This document shows positions 22,509 through 34,564 of a stretch of 64,000 nucleotides of DNA, one piece after another. Numbering within the stretch: the stretch's first letter is position 1; the number at the start of each line of letters is the position of its first letter. The notes under the pieces are model-generated. The model saw nothing but the letters and a program-made list of their open reading frames with translations. It did no database searches and had not been told where the DNA came from. The translations under genes were made by a program, and so were the position numbers. Source of the DNA: Dicyema japonicum (lineage: Eukaryota > Animalia > Dicyemida); assembly GCA_011109175.1 (NCBI GenBank), contig RDEW01000018.1, positions 140,895-204,894 on the forward strand. The letters are read 5' to 3'.

Positions 22509-25500
22509 GGTTCACGGCTAATTCGTCTAAAACAATTTGTCTAATTAACAATTCTTCTAAATCGTCATGTTTGTCTAATTGGATCGCACCACCCTAATAT
22601 ATGGAAATTTATCGAGTGTCTGAAAAAAGAACAAAATTTGAATGAATCATTATTATTTTGAGCACTTCACGAGAGCCATACTAATTATAGCCCCGCATGT
22701 GCAGCAAAAGAAACAAGGTTAGATGTCATCCTTTTCCATGCTCCCCTGTTCCTAGCCAAGGCTCTCATGTTGTCCAGGTCGTCGGCATTTATTAGATTTT
22801 TTTGATATTGACCAGGTCTTTTTGTAAGACTATTGGCAGTGTTTTTCTTGGTCTTCCACGATAGCGGCCTTCTTGGCTAACATAGTATGTTTCCATAGAT
22901 ATGTTAAGTGGGGCTGTTAATTCCATCCTCAGCACGTGTCCGAAGAGCTTCCATCGGGATTCCAGTACTTCTAAGCTGATAGTGCTGCATCTCTTATATA
23001 AAGCATTTATCGATATTCTCGTAGGCCAAGTAGTTCCTGTTATTTTTCTCAGCTGACCTCTGTGGAACGAGTCTAGTTTTTCCATATCCGCTGATGAGGT
23101 CGCCCAAGTTCCAGCGTTATATAAAAGTACTGGTTATATGAATGAGTCGTATAATAGGATTCTCATTTTCGTGTCGATGCCTTTTTGATTGAGCCATAGT
23201 TTCTTCAGTTTATATAACGCAGCATTGGCTAGAGTTTTCCTACGTAAAATATCTTCGCTATCTCCCAAAAAGTGAACCGAGTTTTTTTACTTGTCGCCAC
23301 TTCTCTTCTAGGACGTTACTCATCCTTCTTATCTCTGTGAGTTCTGTTTTCTCTCTGTTCACAGTAAGAAACCATTTCCCTAGTACATCTGGTGTTTTTT
23401 CTAATAGGTTTTCCAGGACCTCTTTGTCTTCAGAAAATAGGTCTACATCGTCCGCGTAGATTACTTCTTCCGTCTTTCCTTGGTATACGGTCTAAGTTCC
23501 CTATTAGCGGCTTCCAAATAAATTGTGAATAGTAGATGAGAAAGAGAGTCTCCTTGGGAGTGCCCGTGTTTGTTTCAAATTTTCTTGAATAGGTCTTTCC
23601 GACTCTCACAAGGAGCTCAGTGTTAGAAAGTAGAATTCGGGTCATCCTTAGACTCGATTCATCAAGAAATCCGTTCAGTACCCCATTAATTTGTTCCTGT
23701 TAACCGTATCAAAAGCTCTTGATAGGTCAATTCCCAGAATATTGGTGGCGTTACGGTATCTTTGATATGTTGCACACCTCCATCTGTGACTCCAGACCGC
23801 ATCAGCTGTGGATCTCCCTTCTCGAAAACCACTTTGACTATCTGGTAGGTATTTGTAAGCAGATCCTTTTATTCGTTCAAGCACAATGTTTGCCAAGACT
23901 TTGCGTAATGAATTTAGTAGTATGATGGGTCGCAAATTTTCGAGCGGTCCTCTGGTTTTGTTGTTTTTTGTATGGGGATTAGTAGTCCCGTACCCAGAGG
24001 TAGAGTTGAGTTAGTTGAAAACATTTCATTTAGTAGTGTAGCGATTTTTTCAAAAAGGGGGTCAGGGCCGTATTTCAGTAATTCTGGGTTTATCGCATCT
24101 GGTCCGGGGCTTCTGTTATTCTTGAGTTTTCGGCAGGCCGTTTTGATTTCCTCGGCCGTGATTGGTATCTCCAGGGGTCTTGGCCTTCCATCAAATGGGT
24201 GGATTTCTATGATTTTGATGTTGAAAAGCTTCTCAAAATGAGCCGCGATGGCTTCAGTTTGTTCTTTGGTGTTCAGTATCAGCTTACCGTTCTCGTCTTT
24301 TATGGTTAGTCGACTTAGATTTGTTGGCCGCAGCAAACGGGCAGCGACGTACACCTGTGCGTTGTCTTTCACTTTATTTACTTCTTCTATACATGAAGCT
24401 ATTTCTTCTATGAATAGCTTCTTGTTCAGACCCTTTATTTTTCTTCTGACACGTTGCCTTTCGCATTGAAAGGCTTTTATAGTCAGTGGCATTTGATTTT
24501 CTCATATTTATTTTTTTAGACTTTTCGCAAGCTCAGGAACATCTGGATGAATAGCCTTCATGTGCATTTTACTATTCTCCCTTTTGCCAAGACATACTTC
24601 AGCAGCTTCGTTGATGGTGTCCTTTGTGCGTTTCCAGGCGTCTTCTAACGTAGTATTTACCAATACGTCCTGCATATGAGTCTGAATGTATAGTTGATAT
24701 CTCTCAGTAGTCTCCGGTTGGGAAATCAGTTTTTCAGTCGCGTAGTCGCCTCTGATTTTCTCAAATTCGTGATTTTTGGCATTCCTGTATTTGATGGCAT
24801 GTTTTTTCAAGGTGAAGGTCGCAATAACCATCTTGTGGTCGCTGACAGTCGTCAAGCCTTCATATGAACGTGCGTTTACTAGAAGGTGTTTGTCTTTAGC
24901 CCGGCATATGACATAATCTATTTGGTTGTATATTGGGACCAGCTTTCCCTGAGTTCCTTCGCTTCTTCATCCACGTAGTTTTGTGGCAAGCAGGATGCGT
25001 AAATGCAGTATTGCATAGGAAAAGGTTGTTTGCCATACAAAAGTGACCAAGTATTGTCCCGGGTAGGTTTCTTATTCCACGTCTATGTTTTCCCAAGAAA
25101 ACATCATCCGGGTTATTCTTCAACCCGATTTTTGCATTCAAATCCCAGCACTGAGTATTAGTGATGACGACTCATATTCGTTGTACGTCCGTAACAGTAT
25201 TGAATAGAAGTCGTCTAGTTCTGTCGGATCTTTCGCTACTCTCCCGCAGTGTGGCGCATAAACATTTACAATTGTCAGAAAGCTCTCCGAAGGGGGTAAG
25301 TTGTTTAGCCGGACTTTTATAACACAGATCTTGTCATTCACACTCCATATACGGTGGACTGCACTTGTCAATTTTGAGTGGATGGCAAATCCAAGTCCAT
25401 AATGTTTTGAGTCGCTCGGCTGACATATAATTCGATATTCGCCATAGTTCTCATCAAGGCTACAAGTTACTTTCGTCTCTTGTAGGCACCCAATAGTCGT

Positions 25501-25923
25501 ATCTCTCCAAGTCGTCACAGAGAATCTTCCTTGACCAGGTCGTAGATAAGCCTCTAGCATTGAACGTAAGGACCTTTAGACGAGATGCATCCCTTTGTAT
25601 CTATTGCCTTTTAGACATTTTTCTCAATTGCGATCCAATCAAGAAACGAGGCACGTCACCACCTCACCAAAAATGAATCATTCTTCGAACAATTTGAAGC
25701 TGGAAGAGAAGTACAATCCCCAAAAAAGTGTTTTCGTGAGAGTGCTTCACGCATAAAAAGAATTGTTGAAAATTTTAGATTTGACAATATAAATGGAATA
25801 TCTTAGGGAATAGCTCACAATTTTTTCTTTTTTAAATATCTTAAATAAAATGATTTAATTGTTATTAGACAAGCATGACGATTTAGACGAATTGTTAATT
25901 AGACGAATTGTTTTAGATGAATT
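22509..25923 (+). mobile_element. Non-autonomous Mutator (MULE) derivative
   Basis: 60-bp inverted repeats 22520-22579 and 25864-25923 (4 mismatches). Interior, minus the RTE, reads HPNIWKFIECLKK...NESFFEQFEAG...YLRGIAHNF, a MULE transposase C-terminus. Confidence 0.8.
22652..25671 (-). mobile_element. Full-length RTE LINE (~3.0 kb, frameshifted) with 11-bp TSD
   Basis: TSD aatgaatcatt at 22641-22651 and 25672-25682. LKVLTFNARG, GCLQETK, HYGLGFAIH, QSGFREGRST, IDLSRAFDTV, RWKLFGHVLR and TAA tail. Confidence 0.95.
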
Positions 25924-26499
25924 TTCTGAGGTAAATAAAGACGAAGAAGATTCTTCAGTAGATATATCAAGCCGGTTTATAATTTAGCTAAATTTGAATC
26001 TTGTGAAGGTATTCTTGTAGTCTTTCTGATGCCTTTGGGATATCTTGATCGCGGATCCGATTAAATAAGTCATCAGCCATATTGAAGATGAAATCGTCTT
26101 TATTATACGGGTTGTGGTAAATCGGAACAATGTATAAGTTAAATAAGGCAGACCTTGTGGGACACCATTGGGTAGTAATCTTGAATTTATCTGGTCCCAT
26201 CCATGTATAGCCGGGCCCTTCTTCCATTTATGAAGTTAGCAAGCCAAAGTTTTATATTGGGGTTGACGGGGAGAACAAAAAATTTCCGGTTAGGATTTTC
26301 CTTGAGACAGATTCGAGCGTCTTTTGTAAATCGATCAAGCAAACGACTGTTTTGAGGTGACGAGGATAAATAAACAAGCCTTTGCTTTTCAATATGGGTT
26401 TAACAAGAGATTGGATTTTTTTAAATTTATTTATAATCATATATATAATAATATGGATATAAAATCATAAAAACAATTAATTTATTAAAATATAAAAAA

Positions 26500-27328
26500 T
26501 TAATGTTTATATCCAAAAGACATTGTACATTTATTAGCATAATGCCCCAAAAGTCCACATTTAAAACAAGTAACCTCACTTAGTGGTCGCCTCGCAGCAT
26601 CACCACTGTTCTGTAGTTCTATTTCTCTCCGCTCAGAAGATAGTTGAAAACAATTATATATTTTATGTCCAGCCTGTCCACAATGAGTGCACATAATTGG
26701 GGTCTTTTTGGTTGTATCTGTATTTGTATTCGAAGTGGGTAATTCAATCCGAGGACTTTAATTAAAAATCAATAAAACTGAGCAAATTGGCATTCAGGAC
26801 CATCAGGACAAAACCCAGCCAAATAGCAAGGACATATTATTCGAGTCATATGACGGTTTTTACAATGAGGCCCATGCCGGCAGAATCCTCGATCATACCA
26901 GGCACAATTCTTAATCTTCTGATCAGGGTCAACGTGAAGGAATTCACAGTCTTTGTTATTACACGAACCTATTATTTTAATTTTGTACATTTAACCAAAT
27001 TTAGTGTAGAAATAACACTCTGGCATTCTGTTAGTATCATACTCGTGCAAAAATTCACAAGTATCTCCCTTCTTACAGAGTCCGCGGAGCCAATGTTTAC
27101 AAACTGTGCTTTTGTTGCATACAATGTGTTTATATCGACACGAGTCGCCTTGCTTGCATTTTCCTTGAAGAAAATAATAACAGACAGGAGCACCGGATTC
27201 TATTGTTAAATAATCCAAAACTGTCCATTCCACTAAATGGAAGAGGGGAGAGCTCCCCATTGTTCCTTTATTGATGTTTCTATATCAAACGTTATATGAG
27301 AAACGTCAGCAACAATATTTTGCAACAT
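26500..27328 (-). CDS. CPSF4: CPSF30/Yth1 cleavage and polyadenylation factor, 4 exons
   Basis: MLQNIVADVSHITFDIE, VCKHWLRGLCKKGDTCEFLHEYD, CAWYDRGFCRHGP, C-terminal zinc knuckles CFKCGLLGHYANKC. Introns 22, 27 and 23 nt. One homopolymer frameshift at 27245-27248. Confidence 0.95.
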
Positions 27329-27850
27329 AACAATTAAAAAATTATTTAAATTTTTTAATTAATTTTTTTTTATAACAAAAGTGTTTTAATTAAAACATAA
27401 CTTCATAAAAAGTACATCAACATTCGATATCAACGCATTTTTCTACCCTTACTAAGTATATCGATGACGTTTTCAGTAACTCCAATCATCCTCAACATAC
27501 TAGATTTCATCGATTGACCTGACCAAAGCATTTGATGGAACGTCAAGAAGGGTTCACGCTTACAGAATTGATTAACAAAATTTTTCTTTTGCAGATTTGG
27601 TGAGGCTGAATTTATGTCTTGTTTATCGCATTTTAAAAAAATGTTTAGATCGAATATAAATTCCTCTTGACGCAGCCTATGAAACAATTATGCTCTCAAA
27701 GTTTTTTTACCAAAAATACAGACTGAATGTATTTTCTTAATGAATAAAGCCATAATATATTGTCTTCTTAATAATAGATTTTTTATTTTTGTAGATTAAA
27801 GTAGCCTCATATTGTCACCGAGAGCACTTTTTGAGGATTGTTATTTACTG

Positions 27851-27934
27851 TGTCGTATAGCATCACGTCCGGGTAAAGTATCAACTTATCAGCCCGGACA
27901 CGAAGATGGCCCCGGGTTCTCATACTATACGACA
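27851..27934. repeat. 84-bp GC-rich self-complementary element (second partial copy at 29407-29457)
   Basis: Ends tgtcgtatag / ctatacgaca. Internal gtccggg / cccggac stem. ~50 bp recurs inverted at 29407-29457 with one mismatch. Confidence 0.7.
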
Positions 27935-27949
27935 ATTATTAATCAACAC

Positions 27950-28804
27950 CCTTTAATTTTGGTGAGAGCTACTTCTAGAGGATTGACATCTTTTTTGGAT
28001 AATTTTTGATATGTTGGGCTCAGCAATTTGTGTAGTTTCGACTTTTATTAAAGCGGATAAATGTTCATCAGTGAGTCTTGTTTTTGCAGTAGTTTTTGTC
28101 AATTTCACAAAAAGCTGTTCACAAATATATGCCGAACCAAACATAGCAATGATTTTTGTCGCAAACTTTTTAAAGTTTGTGAACTTTCCAGGAAAATATG
28201 AAAAGACAGCAGGTACTAAAAACTACAAATATTTATCTTTAAGTATAGAATCTGAATCGGATTGGATATCCAAGCTTTCATCTGCATTGGAAACATTAAA
28301 AGAGAACGGTGCTGTGAATAATGAAAATTGTTTTCAAAAGACGAGAAATCATTAAATCTTTCTTGAAATTCCTTTAACAACGATACGAGTTGTCATTCAT
28401 ACTGGGAAAAATTCATTACAGTATGTGTGTTTCTGGTTAATGAAATATCTTTAAACAAGTGGGCGTTGTCTGGACAAATAATTTTTGCTGTTTCTACAAG
28501 GATAAAATCGCAATATGATTTTTCATTCATTGAAAACATTTTGCAGATTTCATAGCTTTCAGTAACTTATGCAGTACTTCGATTATGATTTTTTGTGAAA
28601 TAAGTCTGTATCGCAGTTAAATTTTTTCACAATTCATATAGCTTTGAAACACGCATTGGACCTTCTTCGTTAATAAGCAAGTTAATACCCTTGAAATAAT
28701 TAGATTGGTAATGCCTTTTTAGGTTGTTGCAAAAAATTGAGTTTTATAGCCATTAAATGGAGCCGCATTTATGCTTGTCGAGGGCCGCATGTTTGACACC
28801 CCTG
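27950..28804 (-). mobile_element. hAT (SPIN/GTF2IRD2-like) transposon remnant
   Basis: TIR gtttgacacccctg at 28791-28804. C-terminal motif MFGSAYICEQLF...RLTDEHL...KRCQ. Confidence 0.85.
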
Positions 28805-29699
28805 GTCTAGTAAATTCAATAACATAGTTGCTGGTGGACAGTCTAAGATGTTATCCTACCCATTTTGGCATCTATGTTGTTTCTTGTGTAGAATATTGCT
28901 CTTTGCCAATCATCATAGTCAATTCGGAGGTTCAATGGTCAACTGGCATGATATAATCAAATAATTATGGATAGTTAATTTTTAGTGGTATATAATTGTA
29001 CAAATAGTCTTGAAGCCTCATGATAGATCATTCAAATAGGCACAATCAGGATTTAAACATAAAACTTATAGTTCGTCAGATAATATTTTAGTTGATTATT
29101 TTCTTTACACACATAGTGAGGGAAACATCAAATATTTTTAAAGATAATAAAGTACTTAGCATTACTATCTTTTTTAGATTGACTGATAACCCAACTAGTA
29201 CAAAATAATCTCATTTTATGAGTTTCTGATTATCAACTATAACCATTTTCATTTATTACTCTTATTTTATAAACGCAGGACACACAATGAACAGGGAAAG
29301 AAATAAACAAATCAATTAAGTACGTTTAGTTCCCATAGTCAGCCCTGCCTACAACGCAGAAATCGGTAGAAATCTCCAACATCAATCCGTATAGACATTT
29401 AGTAAATGTCGTATAGTATGATAACCCGGGGCCATCTTCGTGTCCGGGCTGATAAGTCAAACTTATCAGTCCAAAACATGTGGTTACATGAGTCTTAATG
29501 AAATTAAAGGAATCACAATATATCCATGTTAACCACAAATATTGAACAACTGCACATCATCAAAAGGATTGAAAACGTAACAAAGGCAAAAGTTCAAAAA
29601 TTTATTGCTACAGATAACAGATAACAGATAACATAATTTATTCGCAAAACCCCAACTAACTAAACAAGGTAAGAGCCATTAACTAAAGAGGAAAGCCAA

Positions 29700-31000
29700 G
29701 ATTTGGGGTCGTCTATATCGGGGCACTCTCATGAGACACCGTATGTCTCTTCTCCGTAAAAAGCCCCAATTACAATGCGAGTTTCCACAAGCAATGTAAT
29801 AAATCACCGATTCTTCTCGTTTTTCTTTCGTATTCGTCATCAATTTCAGATGCTAAATCCAATCCATGTGCGAGTTTAATTGCATAATTTCGACTGAAGT
29901 TAAAATCTTTAACTCTCCAGACTTCATCCATTTTACAAGGCATTTTCCATCTTGATTGGTTGTTACACAACCATAGTCAGTATGTTTAGCGTTCATGTCC
30001 CCAACAAGGATTGGATATTCATTGTTTTTCATAAATTTGTCAACAATCCATGGATACTCTCGTAGTTTTTTAGAATAGATTCCTCCGATAGTTATCCATC
30101 CCATGGTTGTTTGTAGTTGAATGCTTGCTAGTTCACAAAGATTTTCTTCATTGATCGTGGGTAGTCTTGTATTTAAAGAAGTTTTGTAGTAAATTGAAGT
30201 TCCTGTTCCAGCACAAGAACCAGTCTTCCAAAAAAAATATCTAATGAGTCGTATCCATCAATTTTAAATGGTCTTTTCTTCAATTTAGTTTCGTTTATAA
30301 TTAGAACATCCATCTGGATCGTGCTGGCTAGAGCAACCAGCACTGAGGTCCGTTTCCGAAGAGAACGGGCATTAATCAGGGTTATTCTGACTACTTCTGG
30401 TTTTTTGGTGGCTGCCCTCTCTTCTTAAAAGCGCCACCAAATCTAGTAAAAATTTAGAATCCTTTTTTGTTCTAGTCATATCTTTAATGCTTCTCTCCAA
30501 CTTGTCAAGAATCGAGTTGGAAGCTACTACTTCTTCATTTTCAGACAAGATGTTTAAGTGAGTCTCGACAGTCTGTGTAGCAACTCCAAAAGTCACTTTT
30601 CTAACAGGTGCTTCCGCCTGGTCACTCTCATCAAGACTGCTTGTCTGTGTTGAAGCTTCTACTGTTTCTTTTTTAGAAGGTTTCTTATTATATGTCGTAT
30701 TCCAGCCAGTTTTAATTTCTTATTCGTTCCAATTTTGGAAACTTCACTTTCTCCATTATGGGCATTTTCTCGTTTTAGAAATAATTTTCCATTCGATTCT
30801 TTCCTTTTTTCGTCAATTTTCTTTTTCTTCGCTATGTTAGCTTCAACAGCCTTGGGGCATCCTCCATAATTGGCAAAGTGGCTGGATGAACCACAATTCA
30901 CACACGACTTATTATTGTTTGTAACCGGACACTGCGATCTTCTATGTGGCCCAGAACAAACAAGGCATCTTTCAACATTTTTGCAAAACGTTGTAATTGA
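29700..31000 (-). mobile_element. Jockey/I-like LINE fragment (ORF1 zinc knuckles + APE)
   Basis: CLVCSGPH...CVNCGSSSHFANYGGCPKA. ILVGDMNAKH and related APE motifs at 29770-30350. Confidence 0.8.
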
Positions 31001-33579
31001 GAATTTATGAATCAAGAAAGGGATTTAGAAGAGCCAATTGGTGCTTCGAGTTGAATAGAAGGCGGTTCTACAGAAATATTAGTGGAGATAATAAGAAGGG
31101 AGTGCTGAATTTCGATGAAGGGGAATGTCTACCTTTTTGGACAACCATTTGGAATGAGAGTGATCGAAAGGAGAGCAAATTCTTGTTGAACAAGAGAGTG
31201 ACTGGATCTGAAAATTCTTATGCCGATTTTACAAAGGAAGCGATCGTCGATACTATCAAGATGCTTCCAAATTGGAAAGCGTCTGGGTGCGACGGAGTTT
31301 ATAACTTCTTTATCAAAAGTTTTACTTCGATTCATGAACATCTTTGCGAGGAGATTCAGAAGATCATAAATGATGAATATACGCCTGGTGATTGGTTCTA
31401 CACGGGGATAACACATCTTATACCAAAAGTGGACGTATGTAATTCACCCAAGGAGTTAAGACCAATTACTTGTATGCCTAATCTCTATAAACTATTGACA
31501 AAGTGTGTGAACAAGAAATTATCTGAATATATTGAATCGTACGATCTCTTAAGTGATAATCAATTGGGAACTCGGAGGATGTGTCAAGGAGCCAAAGAAC
31601 AAGCTTTGGTGAACCAATATTTAAATCAAAGAAATGGAAGTAACTTATGTTCTACCTGGATCGATGTTAAAAAAGCATTTGATTCCGTTGACCACGAGTT
31701 TTTGGGCGAAGTGCTCCAGAATTCTGGCCTGCCTTTCTGGATTGTGAGTTTTATCACGAAACTTGTTGGGAAATGGAAGATACGACTGAATTTGGAAGGA
31801 AAAGTGTTGGGGGAGATTAGAATAAGAAGAGGAATTCTACAGGGGGACTCTCTTTCGCCACAGATCTTTGCTTTGTTAATGGACCCCCTTAGCCGAATAT
31901 TGAATGGAAAATTTCCTAAAGTAACTATGGGAAGCCCGGGAAATGGAGAGCCAACATATGCCACTAATCACCTTCTGTTTATGGACGATATAAAGTTGTT
32001 TTCTCACAAAAGTGATTCAATGGTTATGATGATGGAAGAAGTTGATTCGTTTTTTGATGCAGCCGGGTTGGAGAGGAACTTTGACAAATCTGCAACAAAT
32101 GTCAAGTCCTTGTCTGGGAAAGCTCGTTTCCTTGATGGATTGGATGGATACCGATATTTGGGAGTTCTTGAAGATAAGAACAGCAATGTTCTTAAAGGAG
32201 AAATTATGAATAAAATCTATGGAGAAGTATCTAAGCGGATCAAAAATTTGACGAAGACGGATTTAAACTCAGTGAACCTGTTTAAAGCTATGAATGAGTA
32301 TGCAATCTCCCTTTACAACTATTACATTGGATTGATTGATATCGAACCTGGAGAGTTTGAACAGATTGATAAAAATATTCGCAGAATTCTTATGGACAGT
32401 CATATCCACTTGCAACCGGCAAACAAAGAAAGACTTTATCTACCAAGAAATAAATTTGGAAGAGGCCTCGAGTTAGTCAGTAACAAAGCAGAAAGAATGC
32501 TCCTCCAATTTTATAGTGATTTGGAACATAAGGCAAATTACTGCCTAAGAAGAGCGGGAATTCTACGGGTCATTAATTCAAAGAAAATACACATGGCCAC
32601 TATCGTAAAATTCATCTCAAGAAAGTACAACATTGAAAATGTGAAGGATTTGACAATGTTGAAATTGATGGAAATACAACATGAATATCTACTGGGAAAA
32701 ATTGAAGAGAAATCGCTGCACTCTATTCTATTTGAGTGTCTGAAAGATACCGAAGTGAATATTGCTGAATCCTCAGGGTGGTTAGTTCATGGAAATCATT
32801 CTCCTGTAACCGAAGGAAGGCTGTGTCTGCTTCAGGATCGTAACATGTTTTTTGATAATGGAGAAGCCAAGTGCAAACATTGTAACTCAGGAAAGAAGAC
32901 CGTTGATCACCTTGCAACTAGATGTGGGAGAATGCTGAATAGCTCGTATCTCAGGCGGCATAACGAGGTGGTCAGATGTATTCACTTACACCTCTGCCGT
33001 CAATATGGAATAAGAAAAACTAAGAAACTGAAGACCCACTCAGTCCAATCTGTTGTCTCAAATGAATTTGTGGAGATTCGTGTAGACACAACGATTAGTA
33101 CAGATACGGCTGTACAGAATAACAAACCCGATATTTTCGTTCATGATAAGGTGCGTAATACGATTACTCTCGTTGAAATTGGGATCACGTCCCAAAACTG
33201 CCTCAAGCAAGTCGAGGTGGAAAAGTTCCATAAGTATGACTTACTGGCGAACGAACTCGGATGTATTCATCGCGCAAAGGTAAAAATAATCCCTGTAGTC
33301 ATTACCTGGGATGGGATTGTTTCGAGATTCTTCAAGGGCCATCTGGATGCCCTCAAACTGGAGGAAAGGGTGAAAGCGTACATCCAAACGTTAGTATTGA
33401 GAAAGACGTTGGAGAGCATGCAAGCTGAAGATAGACATGGAGTATCGATACCTGATGAGGAGGAAGCTGATAAGGAATGTCGACCTAGGGGAGTCTCGGA
33501 ATGTGGGTTGTGCGACAACGAAAACACACCTATACTGACAATTGACGTTGGCCCCAAGAAGAGGAGATTAGCTAATTAA
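30997..33579 (+). CDS. R4/Dong-clade non-LTR retrotransposon protein (RT + CCHC + restriction-like endonuclease), uninterrupted 860-aa ORF, probably 5'-truncated
   Basis: LRPITCMPNLYKLLT, WIDVKKAFDSV, GILQGDSLSP, LFMDDIKL, YRYLG, CKHC...TVDHLATRC, RHNEV, KPDI...VEIG, EKFHKY. Confidence 0.92.
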   Translation: MRIYESRKGFRRANWCFELNRRRFYRNISGDNKKGVLNFDEGECLPFWTTIWNESDRKESKFLLNKRVTGSENSYADFTKEAIVDTIKMLPNWKASGCDGVYNFFIKSFTSIHEHLCEEIQKIINDEYTPGDWFYTGITHLIPKVDVCNSPKELRPITCMPNLYKLLTKCVNKKLSEYIESYDLLSDNQLGTRRMCQGAKEQALVNQYLNQRNGSNLCSTWIDVKKAFDSVDHEFLGEVLQNSGLPFWIVSFITKLVGKWKIRLNLEGKVLGEIRIRRGILQGDSLSPQIFALLMDPLSRILNGKFPKVTMGSPGNGEPTYATNHLLFMDDIKLFSHKSDSMVMMMEEVDSFFDAAGLERNFDKSATNVKSLSGKARFLDGLDGYRYLGVLEDKNSNVLKGEIMNKIYGEVSKRIKNLTKTDLNSVNLFKAMNEYAISLYNYYIGLIDIEPGEFEQIDKNIRRILMDSHIHLQPANKERLYLPRNKFGRGLELVSNKAERMLLQFYSDLEHKANYCLRRAGILRVINSKKIHMATIVKFISRKYNIENVKDLTMLKLMEIQHEYLLGKIEEKSLHSILFECLKDTEVNIAESSGWLVHGNHSPVTEGRLCLLQDRNMFFDNGEAKCKHCNSGKKTVDHLATRCGRMLNSSYLRRHNEVVRCIHLHLCRQYGIRKTKKLKTHSVQSVVSNEFVEIRVDTTISTDTAVQNNKPDIFVHDKVRNTITLVEIGITSQNCLKQVEVEKFHKYDLLANELGCIHRAKVKIIPVVITWDGIVSRFFKGHLDALKLEERVKAYIQTLVLRKTLESMQAEDRHGVSIPDEEEADKECRPRGVSECGLCDNENTPILTIDVGPKKRRLAN

Positions 33580-33644
33580 TTAATTACGTGTGACTCGTTG
33601 TTTCGTTAAAATATTAATATCATTTTATAACTTGGACATCACAT

Positions 33645-33712
33645 ATGGGAATTGGGTCATCATTAATGGGAATTGGGTCATCATTATGGGAATTGGGTCA
33701 ATATTTATGGGA
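33645..33712. repeat. Three tandem ~20-bp units (atgggaattgggtcatcatt)
   Basis: Units start at 33645, 33666 and 33686, with a partial at 33707. Confidence 0.8.
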
Positions 33713-33779
33713 TTGAGTGTAGCAGGTTTATTATTTTTATTACTATTTTATAGGTGTCAAAATTATAAAACACATTGAT

Positions 33780-34558
33780 TTTCTCTTCCCATCTGCCGAC
33801 AAATAAGACGATAATTCACTAAGGCTTATGACGAATCCGATATTCCCTTGCATAAGTTAAACAGTAAAGCTTACGAGACTTGTTTGAGAGTATTGGACAT
33901 AATTGTCCTTCTACTTACGCTTGCCGAAAAAGTGTAGAAAACTTATACCAGAAGCAGCTTTACAGGTTTTATTTTCATTCATTGTAGATCTGAAAAGTTT
34001 TTTGTATTGGAAAAATTTCTGATCCCAGAAAATATTTTTAGTATCTTGTTGTCATTGTCTTCTGCGGCTAACTCTTCGATTACCTGTCAGATAATTGACG
34101 ATGTTCTAAGGAATTTTGCGAGACGTGGTAAAACACATTCGGAAATTGCATTTCGGGGACGATTTATGTGGAATCGAAAAGTACTGGAATCGAGATTATC
34201 TGTCAATCAAGTACTTTCTATTACAAAAATGGAAAAACAACATATTTCTCCATATGTATACAACTATCTGAAAAAGTGTCCTTCCACATCATTATTTATT
34301 GAAAGACATTTTTATATATTGGAAAAATTACTATCTAAAGACCTAAAATTTAAACCCGAAAACGTTTTGAATTACATTATTCTGTATTTTAGTAAAGATT
34401 TTGATTAGTTTTTTATATTAAAAAAATTTTTTTGTAGATAAATTTATCATAAAGTCAAAAAAGGTCAAAATTTTGAAATTTTAGCGTCAATAAAGTCATT
34501 AAAGTCAATTTTTAGGTCAAAATTTCCGATTTATAAAGTCAAAATAAAATTCGCCCTA
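33780..34558 (+). mobile_element. hAT transposon 3' remnant (CGGBP1/DUF659-like family)
   Basis: LKKCPSTSLFIERHF..LEKLLSKD..FKPENVLNYIILYF. aaagtcaaa subterminal repeats. End ...cgcccta. Confidence 0.7.
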
Positions 34559-34564
34559 GTTATA

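Larger units (their letters stand above)
21556..26374 (-). mobile_element. 5'-truncated Jockey/I-like LINE bounded by a 15-bp TSD, hosting three nested elements
   Basis: caagcctttgctttt at 21541-21555 and 26375-26389. Internal LINE parts match the copy at 20-1080. Confidence 0.85.

Noticed and set aside
27430-27760. 85-aa ORF just upstream of CPSF4 on the same strand (possible operon-like partner)
   Set aside because: No in-frame start/intron solution and no recognisable motif
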